From IMG/VR virus record IMGVR_UViG_3300032240_002285, positions 1 through 64,000 of that record: a DNA stretch of 64,000 nt; one strand, 5' to 3'. Under the pieces are notes generated by a model. It was given only the letters and a program-made list of their open reading frames with translations, had not been told where the DNA came from and did not search any database. This document shows positions 20,232 through 29,866 of the stretch, piece by piece. Made by a program: the position numbers and the translations under genes. This stretch comes from a virus. Within the stretch, counting starts at the first letter, position 1. Each line of letters begins with the position of its first letter.

Positions 20232-21322
20232 TGAAAAAAATAATAGTATTAGGTGGCGGAGGGTTCATAGGTGGACACTTAGCAAAAAGGTTAAAAGAAG
20301 AAGGTAATCATGTAAGAATATGTGATATAAAGAAACACGAATATTTTTTTCAAGATGAAATATGTGATGAGTTTATTGTTGGTGATTTAACAGACCCAAG
20401 AGTTGTTGAACTTGTTATAGAAGAAGGTGTAGATGAAGTGTATCAATTAGCTGCTGACATGGGTGGTGCATTATACATCTTTACAGGAGAAAATGACGCA
20501 AATGTAATGCACAACTCAGCAACAATTAATTTAAATGTGGCTCACGAATGTGTTAAAAAGAAAGTCAAAAAAGTATTCTACTCATCTTCAGCATGTATGT
20601 ATCCTGAACATAATCAGTTAGACCCTGAAAATCCAAACTGTAAAGAATCATCTGCATATCCTGCAAATCCTGATTCAGAATACGGATGGGAAAAGTTATT
20701 CTCTGAAAGACTTTATTTGGCTTACAACAGAAACTACGGTTTAAATGTTAGAGTTGCAAGATTCCATAACATTTTTGGACCACAAGGTACATGGCAAGGT
20801 GGTAAAGAAAAATCACCAGCGGCAATGTGTAGAAAGGCTGCGGAATCTAAAGAGGGTGATGTGATTGAAGTATGGGGTAACGGATTACAAACTCGTTCAT
20901 TCTTGTATGTTGACGAATGTGTGGAGGCGGTATTAAGATTAATGGATAGTGACTTTACTGGACCAGTTAATATTGGTAGTGAAGAAATGGTTACTATTAA
21001 TCAACTCGCTGAAATGGCAATTAGTATCTCAGGTAAAAACATTAATATTAAAAATATTGAGGGTCAAGAATTTATTAACAAATACGGGTTCAAATGTCCT
21101 TTAGGTGTTAAAGGTAGAAACTCCGATAACAAACTTTATAGAGAGAAAATTGGTTGGGAAGTTAATCAACCATTATTAGTAGGACTTACCAAAACTTACA
21201 ACTGGATTAAATCTCAAGTTGATGACAGAGAGTTAAACACAGATTGGATTTTTGAAAGTCCTGACGGTAAAACCGTTTATAGAAGAGAACCAGGTAGCTT
21301 AGATAAGCATAAAGTTAAATAA
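20231..21322 (+). CDS. NAD-dependent epimerase, GDP-mannose 3,5-epimerase-like
   Basis: GGGGFIG, LAADMGG, SSSACMYPE, YGWEKLFSE, EKSPAAMCRK, GVKGRNSDN. Confidence 0.85.
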   Translation: MKKIIVLGGGGFIGGHLAKRLKEEGNHVRICDIKKHEYFFQDEICDEFIVGDLTDPRVVELVIEEGVDEVYQLAADMGGALYIFTGENDANVMHNSATINLNVAHECVKKKVKKVFYSSSACMYPEHNQLDPENPNCKESSAYPANPDSEYGWEKLFSERLYLAYNRNYGLNVRVARFHNIFGPQGTWQGGKEKSPAAMCRKAAESKEGDVIEVWGNGLQTRSFLYVDECVEAVLRLMDSDFTGPVNIGSEEMVTINQLAEMAISISGKNINIKNIEGQEFINKYGFKCPLGVKGRNSDNKLYREKIGWEVNQPLLVGLTKTYNWIKSQVDDRELNTDWIFESPDGKTVYRREPGSLDKHKVK

Positions 21323-21329
21323 AAAGTGA

Positions 21330-22064
21330 ATGGCGACAAGACCAAAAAAGTACCCAACACCAACTCCTTCAGGTGAAGAGAAAGTTGTAAAAACAAAAAA
21401 AGAACTAATATGTTCTATTGTTAAAAAGAAAACTAAACAAAAATTCTTATCTGACAATCAAAGAATTTATTACGAGCAGTTAACCAAAAATCAAATAACA
21501 ATTTGTTCAGGTCCTGCGGGTGTTGGTAAAAGTTATATCGCAATGAAAAGTGCGGTTGACCTATTAAGTGACCCCGAAACTCCTTATGAAAAAATTATTA
21601 TTGTAAGACCAGCAGTTGAGGCTGAAGAAAAACTTGGTAGTTTACCTGGGAACGTTGAAGAGAAACTAGACCCGTATATTTTTCCATCTTATTATTTGTT
21701 AAATAAAATTATTGGAAAAGAATCACGAGATAAATTAAAAGAAATTGAGGCTGTTGAAGTTTTTGCTTTGGCTTTTATGAGAGGTATGAATATTGATAAC
21801 TCAATATTAATTTTTGAAGAAGCTCAAAACTCAACTCCAAACCAAATGAAGTTATTACTAACAAGAATTGGTTTTAATTCTAAATTTTTTATTTCAGGTG
21901 ATTTAGAACAAACGGATAGATACAAAGATATTAAACATAGTGGATTGTATGATGCAATCCAAAAGTTTAAAAATATGGATGATATTGGAGTTTTTGAATT
22001 TCAAGCTGAAGATATAGTTAGAAATCCATTAATTACTAAAATATTAAAACGATATGACGAATGA
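21330..22064 (+). CDS. phoH: PhoH-like ATPase
   Basis: GPAGVGKS, RPAVEAEEKLGSLPG, AFMRG, EAQN, GDLEQ, VRNPL. Confidence 0.95.
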   Translation: MATRPKKYPTPTPSGEEKVVKTKKELICSIVKKKTKQKFLSDNQRIYYEQLTKNQITICSGPAGVGKSYIAMKSAVDLLSDPETPYEKIIIVRPAVEAEEKLGSLPGNVEEKLDPYIFPSYYLLNKIIGKESRDKLKEIEAVEVFALAFMRGMNIDNSILIFEEAQNSTPNQMKLLLTRIGFNSKFFISGDLEQTDRYKDIKHSGLYDAIQKFKNMDDIGVFEFQAEDIVRNPLITKILKRYDE

Positions 22065-22663
22065 GAATTGCAATAGAACTTAATGGTGTACTTAGAGATA
22101 CTTTAAAAAAAATTCAAGAACAGTATGAAAAGTGGTATATTGAAAATCCGTTTAGAGAAGAAGAGGAAAAATCTGAGTTTGAATATAAAGTTATTTCGGA
22201 TTTAACAACATTAAATATCAAAGAACATTTAACATTCAAAGATAAAAATGACTTGTATGATTTTTTATACAAAGAACACACAATGGAAATTTTTGGACAT
22301 GCTGGTTCAGTAGAAGTATCAAGTATGATGGATTTCAATGATTTTTATTTAGACATTAGAGATGAACACGATGTTTTAATAGTTTCTGATGAAATTGGGA
22401 AATCAAAACCTGCTTCATTATTTTTTATATCTAAATTTGGATGTTTAGTAGAAACTGTGAAGTTTTATAGTGAATCGACAATAAATTCTATGTGGGATTC
22501 AATAGATGTTTTACTTACAGCAAATCCTAAACTATTATTAGACCATCCACAATCAAAGATTGTTATTAAGTATGATACTTCTTACAACAAAGATGTTGAA
22601 GTTGAGCATTCAATAACAAATTTAAAAGAGTTAAAAACAAAAATTGAAGAAATATATGCTTAA
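22061..22663 (+). CDS. HAD-fold 5'-nucleotidase-like protein with a degenerate motif I
   Basis: IAIELNGVLRD in place of DxDGV. Confidence 0.5.
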   Translation: MRIAIELNGVLRDTLKKIQEQYEKWYIENPFREEEEKSEFEYKVISDLTTLNIKEHLTFKDKNDLYDFLYKEHTMEIFGHAGSVEVSSMMDFNDFYLDIRDEHDVLIVSDEIGKSKPASLFFISKFGCLVETVKFYSESTINSMWDSIDVLLTANPKLLLDHPQSKIVIKYDTSYNKDVEVEHSITNLKELKTKIEEIYA

Positions 22664-22961
22664 TGTCCTAGGAGAAAATTATTATATAGATTTAGATGAG
22701 ATTGAAAATTACTTGGATATGAACGACCCTGTCCTAAGCGATTCTTCACAATACGATGAGTTTTCAGGAGGAACCGAAACAAAAATCAATATCATCAAAT
22801 TTGAAATGGTAAAATTATTATTAGAAACTATACTATCAGAAAGAGACGAAATTGATGATAATTTAGGCCTTAAAAAATCTGAAACCGCATCAAAGGCAAG
22901 TATACCATTCAAACTAGCATTTAATAGTTTATTAAACAAAAAACTTATCAATCATTATTAA
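22656..22961 (+). CDS. Hypothetical protein
   Basis: ORF overlapping the upstream stop; ATG at 22656. Confidence 0.7.
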   Translation: MLNVLGENYYIDLDEIENYLDMNDPVLSDSSQYDEFSGGTETKINIIKFEMVKLLLETILSERDEIDDNLGLKKSETASKASIPFKLAFNSLLNKKLINHY

Positions 22962-22962
22962 T

Positions 22963-24015
22963 ATGGAAAACACATTACAAGAAAAAGTTAAACAATCAAT
23001 TCAAATTCTTAGAGATAAGAAGGCAAGAATTTATTTTCTTGTCCAAGACACAAAAGGGAATGCAAAGGCATCTATAAAGTTAATTTATCAGATGGCAAAA
23101 ACTCTTTTAGATAACGGATTTAATCCAATCATTCTTCATGAAAAAGCAGATTACGCTGGAGTTGTCGCTTGGTTAGAAGAAGAATATATGGAAATTCCTC
23201 ACAAAGCCATTGAAGGGCAAAATTTAGAAATTTCTCCTGAAGATTTTATTGTTGTACCAGAGCTATTTGGTTATGTTATGGAACAAATTAAAAATTTACC
23301 TTGTGCTAAAATAGTATTGGCTCAAGCATATTCTCAAATTGTTGAGACATTACAACCAGGTCAAAATTGGGCTCAATATGGTTTTTTAAAATGTATTACA
23401 ACAAGTCCAATACAACAAGAATATATTGAAAAAGTAATGAGACAAACTACTTTTGATATTGTCAAACCTTTAGTCTCTTCAGAATTTTCACCTAAAACAT
23501 TACCTGCAATGCCAATCATTGGTGTTCATACAAGAGAACAATCAGACACTATCAACCTTATCAAAACATTCTATTTGAGATTTCCTCAATATAGATGGTT
23601 CACTTTTAGAGATTTGCGTGGTTTGTCTGAAAAAGAATTTGCCAATTCATTAAGAGAATGTTTTGTAAGCGTTTGGGTTGATGATAAAAGTGGGTTTGGT
23701 ACATTCCCATTAGAATCTATGGCTTCTAACGTACCTGTAATTGGTAAATTGCCAAACATTAAACCTGAGTGGATGAATGACGATAATGGTATATGGATTA
23801 CTGATGAAACATTATTATGTGATGTAATTGCGGATTTCATCCAAAATTGGTTAGAAGACAACATATCACCAGAACTTTATGACAGTATGAAACAAACTGT
23901 TGAAAACTATACGAATAAACAAGAATTTGAATCTAAAATCATTTCGTTATTTGAAAATTACTTAACCGTTAGAGCGGATTCATTTGAACAACAAATTTCT
24001 AAAACTGAAGAATAA
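22963..24015 (+). CDS. GT-B fold glycosyltransferase-like protein
   Basis: DFIVVPE, SGFGTFPLESMASNVPVIG. Confidence 0.75.
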   Translation: MENTLQEKVKQSIQILRDKKARIYFLVQDTKGNAKASIKLIYQMAKTLLDNGFNPIILHEKADYAGVVAWLEEEYMEIPHKAIEGQNLEISPEDFIVVPELFGYVMEQIKNLPCAKIVLAQAYSQIVETLQPGQNWAQYGFLKCITTSPIQQEYIEKVMRQTTFDIVKPLVSSEFSPKTLPAMPIIGVHTREQSDTINLIKTFYLRFPQYRWFTFRDLRGLSEKEFANSLRECFVSVWVDDKSGFGTFPLESMASNVPVIGKLPNIKPEWMNDDNGIWITDETLLCDVIADFIQNWLEDNISPELYDSMKQTVENYTNKQEFESKIISLFENYLTVRADSFEQQISKTEE

Positions 24016-24016
24016 T

Positions 24017-24823
24017 ATGAGCAACAAATTATCACTATCAATTATACTACCAATTAAATCATCTAAGGCAAGAAACTTTGATGAATATTTTGAAAAAGCA
24101 ATTAAATCAATTCAATCTCAAACTGTTGAAATTGAAGAATTAGTAATTGTCCATACTTCTGAGGAATCGTTAGTAACTCTTTTAGAAGGGTATGATTTCG
24201 GTACTTTGAATGTAACTAAATTATTATGGGACAAAAATCCAAATTATGCAGACCAAGTAAACTTTGGTGTTAAAAATGCCAAAGGTAAATGGATTTCATT
24301 ATTTGAATTTGATGATGAATATTCATCTATTTGGTTCAAAAATGTTGAGAAATATATTGCGGCATATCCTGAAGTTCAAATGTTCTTACCTGTAGTTGTT
24401 GAAACGGACGAAAAAGGTATGTTTGCAGGTTTTACTAATGAAGCAACATTCGCAGCCAACTTTAGTCAAGAAATGGGTATCTTAACAAATGAAACATTAC
24501 AAGATTACCAAAACTTCCAAACTGCAGGTTCTGTAATTAAAAAAGAAGTATTTGAAGACTTTGGCGGATTTAAACCAACAATTAAATTAACGTTTGTTTA
24601 TGAGTTCTTATTAAGATTATCTTATAACTCAGTAACAATCATGACAGTTCCAAGATTAGGTTATAAACACACAAATATGAGAGAAGGTTCTATCTTCTAC
24701 AACTACAAATTTGGTGAAGATAAAATGGTTGATGATGAAGTTAAATTTTGGATTCAAACAGCGAAGAAAGAATTTTTCTTTGTGGACGATAGAGCCATAA
24801 AATATCAATCAGAAACAGTATAA
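24017..24823 (+). CDS. GT2-like glycosyltransferase
   Basis: LSIILP, NFGVKNAKGKWISLFEFDD; ATG at 24017. Confidence 0.75.
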   Translation: MSNKLSLSIILPIKSSKARNFDEYFEKAIKSIQSQTVEIEELVIVHTSEESLVTLLEGYDFGTLNVTKLLWDKNPNYADQVNFGVKNAKGKWISLFEFDDEYSSIWFKNVEKYIAAYPEVQMFLPVVVETDEKGMFAGFTNEATFAANFSQEMGILTNETLQDYQNFQTAGSVIKKEVFEDFGGFKPTIKLTFVYEFLLRLSYNSVTIMTVPRLGYKHTNMREGSIFYNYKFGEDKMVDDEVKFWIQTAKKEFFFVDDRAIKYQSETV

Positions 24824-25572
24824 TGTCTGAAACTCTATCTGCAACAACAGAAGATGTTTTATCTAAAAAAAGAGGAAGAAAGGCTGTAAAAGAAAATTAT
24901 TTTGATGTTAGGGAAGAAACCGCCGTTAGAAACTTTCTATTGGCGGAAACTTCTGAAGAAAAGAATAAAATATACAATCAGTTTTTAAGAGGTCCTTTAG
25001 ATAAAATGATTTCATCTATCATAAGGCGTTATAAACTATATCGCAAAGATATGGATTTTACTGAAATCCATTGTGATACCCATTCTTTTTTAATGACAAA
25101 AGTTGATAAGTTTAAACCGTCAAAAGAAAAGAAAGCGTATTCTTATTTTGGAACAATATGTAAAAATTATTTGATGGGTCAAATCATCAAAGACCAAAAA
25201 GAAATTAATAGAAAAGTTTCATATGAGGATATGTCTGAGAGTATCGAGGAAAGACCTGATATGATGTACAGAATAGATGAAGAGATTGTAGATACTAGCG
25301 TAATCATTACAGAATATATTAGAGAGTTAAAAGAGTTTATTGAGTCTGAAAATTTAAATGACAACGAAAGAAAACTGGGATATGCATTAGCCGATTTATT
25401 TGACAACTATGAAACCATATTTTCAGGGGCCGATAATAACAAATTTAATAAAAATGTTATTTTATTATCTTTAAGAGAAATGACTAATTTAAGTACAAAA
25501 GAAATTAGAAGTTCAATTAAAAGATTTAAAAAATTATACTTAGTCATTCAATCACGAATGAAAACGGATTAA
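24823..25572 (+). CDS. gp55-like late sigma factor
   Basis: Sigma region-2-like KVDKFKPSKEKKAYSYFGTICKNYL, resembling the T4 gp55 family. Confidence 0.7.
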   Translation: MSETLSATTEDVLSKKRGRKAVKENYFDVREETAVRNFLLAETSEEKNKIYNQFLRGPLDKMISSIIRRYKLYRKDMDFTEIHCDTHSFLMTKVDKFKPSKEKKAYSYFGTICKNYLMGQIIKDQKEINRKVSYEDMSESIEERPDMMYRIDEEIVDTSVIITEYIRELKEFIESENLNDNERKLGYALADLFDNYETIFSGADNNKFNKNVILLSLREMTNLSTKEIRSSIKRFKKLYLVIQSRMKTD

Positions 25573-25576
25573 AAAG

Positions 25577-25583
25577 TATTTAT
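25577..25583 (+). promoter_or_regulatory. Late promoter motif TATTTAT, 4 nt before the ATG
   Basis: gTATTTATagatATG. Confidence 0.7.
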
Positions 25584-25587
25584 AGAT

Positions 25588-25956
25588 ATGCCTAGACCAC
25601 AACGTAAAGAAATTAATTTTAGTAAGGAATCTATATTATCTTTAATGCAAGAAATCTACAATGAACTTGTAGAACAAAGACAGACTGCCATCAGAATTCA
25701 AAATAAGATGTTGGCTCTGTTAAAAAATCCATCAGACATGACAACTATCGGTCCTGTTATTGAAAAACAACAAAAAATTGTTAATGATTGTGTGGAAAAA
25801 AAAATTAGTTTGTCAAAACTTCAATCAAGTATTTGGGAAAAATCAAACAGTGGTAATAACGAATCTTTTTCTTTGGCTGATTTAGATGATGATTTGATTC
25901 AAAATCTTATAGAAAAAGATGTTTCTAACGACGAAGAAACATATAAAATGAAATAA
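25588..25956 (+). CDS. Hypothetical late protein (coiled coil)
   Basis: 122-aa ORF. Confidence 0.75.
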   Translation: MPRPQRKEINFSKESILSLMQEIYNELVEQRQTAIRIQNKMLALLKNPSDMTTIGPVIEKQQKIVNDCVEKKISLSKLQSSIWEKSNSGNNESFSLADLDDDLIQNLIEKDVSNDEETYKMK

Positions 25957-25957
25957 T

Positions 25958-28072
25958 ATGGCAATAGATTTATCACAAAGTTGGGGTGCTGCTAAAAGTA
26001 GAACCAAAGCCATAGTCGCTTTTACAAAAGCGTCCGCTGGAGCTAAAGAATTAAAAGCATCGGCAGGTAATTCTGAATCTCCAAGTAACAACGCGTTAAA
26101 CACTCAGTTAGACAAAATACAAAATCAACAAAAAAGATACTTAAGGAATCCACCTACATCTTTTACACAAATGTTAGAACTAATTGGACTGGTGAGCGGT
26201 TCAGGTGGTAGTACTATTAGTTATTTACGAAGAAAGTTAATTGAGACTAGTGTTGCAATAGAACCTGAAGTAAGAAAAATTATTTCTGATGAAGCAATAC
26301 ATGCCATAGGTTGTTCACAAGAACAAACATTTAATGGATATTCAGTATCCAATTTAAATTTAAATCCACTTTCAACTTTACCTGAAGGTGAGGGTATATA
26401 TGTACCTGTTGAATCTTTAGACATCGGTAATCTATTAAAAAATGCACCAGACTCTACGCTTGGCAAATCTTTATATGAAGCTCCTGAAGTTACCACTCAA
26501 GCTGGATTTTTGAGGCCTTACGGAGGAAAAATAGCTTTTCCGATGAATAAACAATTGAATCAAAGAATGGATTCATCTAATTTAGGTAGGTCTTATTATA
26601 CTGAATTTGGAAAATATTACCAAGGCACATCAGGTCAACCATTGTTTGATTTTGAATACTCAAAAACAAATCAATATGGAATAACTCAAGATTGTTATAG
26701 ATTTGCACTAATAGATAAAGAACCAATAACTGGAGACAATGAACAATCAGGTAACAACGTTGGAGATTTTTTAAATGATTACTATAGTACAATTAAAATA
26801 ATTGATAGTGTTGACATGACAGCGGCTATCATGAATTTGTTATCAGGAGCCATTTCCATGAAAGCGAATATAAGTGCCGATGAAATAACGGAGAATTCAA
26901 AATTTTATTTGTTACTCCAAAGAATATTAGGGCTTTGTTTTGATTCAAGAAAAGAAATTGATGTTAGTGGTATTTCAAAAATTGCAGAATTAGATGGTGT
27001 TGATGAAAGTTTTTTTGAATTTACTGAAGTTGATTTAAGAAATATTGATGTTGAGGTTACAAATATTCAAAATAAAGTTGTTGAATTTGAAGACTGTAAT
27101 AACATTAAATTACCTGTTGACTACGAAAATATTGTAGCTCAGTTAGTTGAGTTTAGAAGTACTTTAAGCGGTCAAACTACAGAACAACAAGTAAATACGA
27201 TTACTTCAATTATTGATAGCCTTTACCAAAATCCCGATTGGAAACTTTTTATACCAACAAATTTAAATGTTGAGGTTGCAATTAATAAAGATGTATTGAA
27301 ACAAATACCTATAGCGGTTGCATCAGCAATATTGTCACCAAAAGTTTTATTACCTATTTTTGTTTTGTTAAAAGTGGTGGAAAGTAATGCATTATCACAA
27401 TATAATCAACTTATAACTTCAGGTAACACATTTATTCAGTCAGGTAATAATAGTTTAGGAGGTGTTAATAATATAGTCAACAATTCAGTAGACTTTCTTA
27501 GAGTGTTTAAAACATTTAGTATTCAAGTGGTTTCTAAAATTGGGGCCATTTATTTGAAAACTTTGTATAAAATTTTAGAAAAAGATATTATTAATTTAAT
27601 ATATTTTGTAAATCAAGATATAATAAAAAGTAAAATACTCAAAAAGTACCAAATTATATCTGCACTATTACAGATATTAAATTATTATTTAATTATATCT
27701 CAATTAGTTGATGATTATAGACGATGCAAATCGTTAGTAAATGACATTTTAATACTCTTAAATTTAATATCTCAAAGTAGTGGACTAACAAGTAATGATA
27801 TTCCAGCTCCTTTGTTAGCGTTATCAGGATTTTTACCAGGAACTGACCCTAATAGGTCGACAATAAACACAATAGAATTTTTACAAGAGTTAGGTTTACC
27901 GACAAATGCTTTACCTGATGGTTCACCAAATTTAATGGTGTTATATAACTTGGCAACACACAAAGGAGCCGACAAAGAAAATTCTGAAAACGGTAAAGTT
28001 CAGGCGACTATTGATGCAAACTGTGCATTTAATCCAGCGGCTTGTACAAGAATTGTAGGAAAAGCGACGTAA
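25958..28072 (+). CDS. Large hypothetical virion (baseplate/tail region) protein
   Basis: 704-aa ORF in a late operon upstream of the gp5-like gene. Confidence 0.65.
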   Translation: MAIDLSQSWGAAKSRTKAIVAFTKASAGAKELKASAGNSESPSNNALNTQLDKIQNQQKRYLRNPPTSFTQMLELIGLVSGSGGSTISYLRRKLIETSVAIEPEVRKIISDEAIHAIGCSQEQTFNGYSVSNLNLNPLSTLPEGEGIYVPVESLDIGNLLKNAPDSTLGKSLYEAPEVTTQAGFLRPYGGKIAFPMNKQLNQRMDSSNLGRSYYTEFGKYYQGTSGQPLFDFEYSKTNQYGITQDCYRFALIDKEPITGDNEQSGNNVGDFLNDYYSTIKIIDSVDMTAAIMNLLSGAISMKANISADEITENSKFYLLLQRILGLCFDSRKEIDVSGISKIAELDGVDESFFEFTEVDLRNIDVEVTNIQNKVVEFEDCNNIKLPVDYENIVAQLVEFRSTLSGQTTEQQVNTITSIIDSLYQNPDWKLFIPTNLNVEVAINKDVLKQIPIAVASAILSPKVLLPIFVLLKVVESNALSQYNQLITSGNTFIQSGNNSLGGVNNIVNNSVDFLRVFKTFSIQVVSKIGAIYLKTLYKILEKDIINLIYFVNQDIIKSKILKKYQIISALLQILNYYLIISQLVDDYRRCKSLVNDILILLNLISQSSGLTSNDIPAPLLALSGFLPGTDPNRSTINTIEFLQELGLPTNALPDGSPNLMVLYNLATHKGADKENSENGKVQATIDANCAFNPAACTRIVGKAT

Positions 28073-28073
28073 C

Positions 28074-28280
28074 ATGACAACAGAAGAATTTGACAGTATT
28101 TTAAAAGAACAAGCGGATTTAAAAAATTTACCTAATTCAAAATTAATAGAAATAATGGATAAATTATCCACCGATTTTGATTTAACAAGAACTAATATTA
28201 TAAATCTTACTATGTATTTAGATAGTGTTGAAGAGCTTTATAATAAAACATTAAAAGAGTACGAGTTAAGAAATAAATAA
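28074..28280 (+). CDS. Hypothetical protein
   Basis: 68-aa ORF coupled to both neighbours. Confidence 0.7.
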   Translation: MTTEEFDSILKEQADLKNLPNSKLIEIMDKLSTDFDLTRTNIINLTMYLDSVEELYNKTLKEYELRNK

Positions 28281-29845
28281 TGACAGGACCGATATTTTTT
28301 CAAGTAGTAGTTATGGATAATCAAGACCCAATGATGTTGGGTAGGATTAGAGCCAAATTATTGACTGATAATTATAACGATATTGTAAAAAGTATTACTG
28401 ACCCACCTTGGGACGAACAGAAGGATGTATGGACAAGTAGAGACCCATTTATTTTTAATCCTTTAATGCCCTACTTTATGTACCAAGTACCTAAAGTAGA
28501 AGAATTAGCGCAAGTTATTTATGTTAATAAAGATTTCAAATACCAAAATCAATATTACATTCAAAACACATTTTCATCACCAACTGCAATTTTATTTGAA
28601 TATTATGTCGGTGGAAATAAATTTACAGGTACAGGTACCCAACTATCAAATCCTAAACCTTTAAAAAATCAAGATGGTACTTATGCTGACAAAGCAACTC
28701 ATAAAGGTGTATTCCCTGAGCCAGGTGATAACGCAATTTTAGGAAGAGGTAGTGCGGATTTAATTGTTAAAGAAAATGAGGTTTTATTAAGAGCAGGTAA
28801 ATTTAAATCAGCAACTTTACAACCAAACGTTATACCAAGTGGTAATTCACAAAGAGGTTTTTTACAACTCTCAAGAGTTAATACAACGAAGGTTAAACAA
28901 GAAGACAAAACTATTGTAGAATTTAACGAAAAAGTAATTGCCGTAAAATATTTGGTTGAGTGGGTAATTATTAATCCTGAAAATACTCAAAACAAATTTT
29001 CAGGTAATGTTTATCTATATGGATTAAAACCTGATATATCAACAAATTCAAAAAACTTGACAGTAGGAAGTGTTGTTGATGAAAAATTGAAATCTTTAAT
29101 TGAATCCGTTCCGTTTACATCTTTATCAATAACTGACACTGCAAAGTTTATTAACAATTTTATAAATAAATGTAATGGAACGCCAAGTGTTACAGACCCA
29201 TTAACGGGCTCTGAACTTTCACCTACTCTTGAAAATAATTTATCTTTAAGATTAAATGGAAGTTTTCCATTTTTTTACAGACCAAATAATTTAACATATT
29301 CGTACTTAAAACCATCATTGTCTTCAAGTTATTTGAATCCAACGGGTGTTGAAGTACAAAATATTCAAAATATATTCAACAATGTTAAATTATTTTCCGC
29401 CCTCAAACAAGGAGGATATGGATTAGTTTATGCTAAAAGTAAAGTTGGTATACCACTTGAAACAAAAACAAGTGTTATCCCTAATTCAACTTTTGTGAAT
29501 AGTCCAACAACCTTTGGTGCGTTAGGAAGTGATAACGTATTTTTACTTTCTCATCAATCGTCAATTCCAGGTAAAGGTAAAATCAATTTTGATAATACAC
29601 TGTATGGCATAACAGGAGACCAATTTGTTGATGAAATTATTCCAAAAACATCAAGTTTAGTTAGAGGCGAAGAGCTCATGGAATTAATTAATTTGATTGT
29701 TAGATTCTTGGTAACCCATACTCACGCATTCCCAGGACTACCACCAGTACCTGTAACTCAGGACGGAAGTAACGTTCAAGATATCTTAACTGAACTTCAA
29801 AACGCAGCAAATAAGATTCTTAACAAAAATATTAGACTTAACTAG
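28280..29845 (+). CDS. Baseplate hub/spike protein, gp5-like
   Basis: N-terminal OB-fold motif VMDNQDPMMLGRIRA; C-terminal THTH spike-type motif. Confidence 0.7.
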   Translation: MTGPIFFQVVVMDNQDPMMLGRIRAKLLTDNYNDIVKSITDPPWDEQKDVWTSRDPFIFNPLMPYFMYQVPKVEELAQVIYVNKDFKYQNQYYIQNTFSSPTAILFEYYVGGNKFTGTGTQLSNPKPLKNQDGTYADKATHKGVFPEPGDNAILGRGSADLIVKENEVLLRAGKFKSATLQPNVIPSGNSQRGFLQLSRVNTTKVKQEDKTIVEFNEKVIAVKYLVEWVIINPENTQNKFSGNVYLYGLKPDISTNSKNLTVGSVVDEKLKSLIESVPFTSLSITDTAKFINNFINKCNGTPSVTDPLTGSELSPTLENNLSLRLNGSFPFFYRPNNLTYSYLKPSLSSSYLNPTGVEVQNIQNIFNNVKLFSALKQGGYGLVYAKSKVGIPLETKTSVIPNSTFVNSPTTFGALGSDNVFLLSHQSSIPGKGKINFDNTLYGITGDQFVDEIIPKTSSLVRGEELMELINLIVRFLVTHTHAFPGLPPVPVTQDGSNVQDILTELQNAANKILNKNIRLN

Positions 29846-29853
29846 TATTTATA
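29846..29853 (+). promoter_or_regulatory. Late promoter motif TATTTATA
   Basis: gTATTTATA 13 nt before the ATG at 29867. Confidence 0.7.
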
Positions 29854-29866
29854 TTAAAAAACATTA

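Noticed and set aside
4827-24823. Host LPS/capsule locus (prophage flank or chimeric assembly)
   Set aside because: Interleaved with phage-type exonuclease, dut, phoH and a gp55-like sigma; no wzx/wzy/wza or integrase seen
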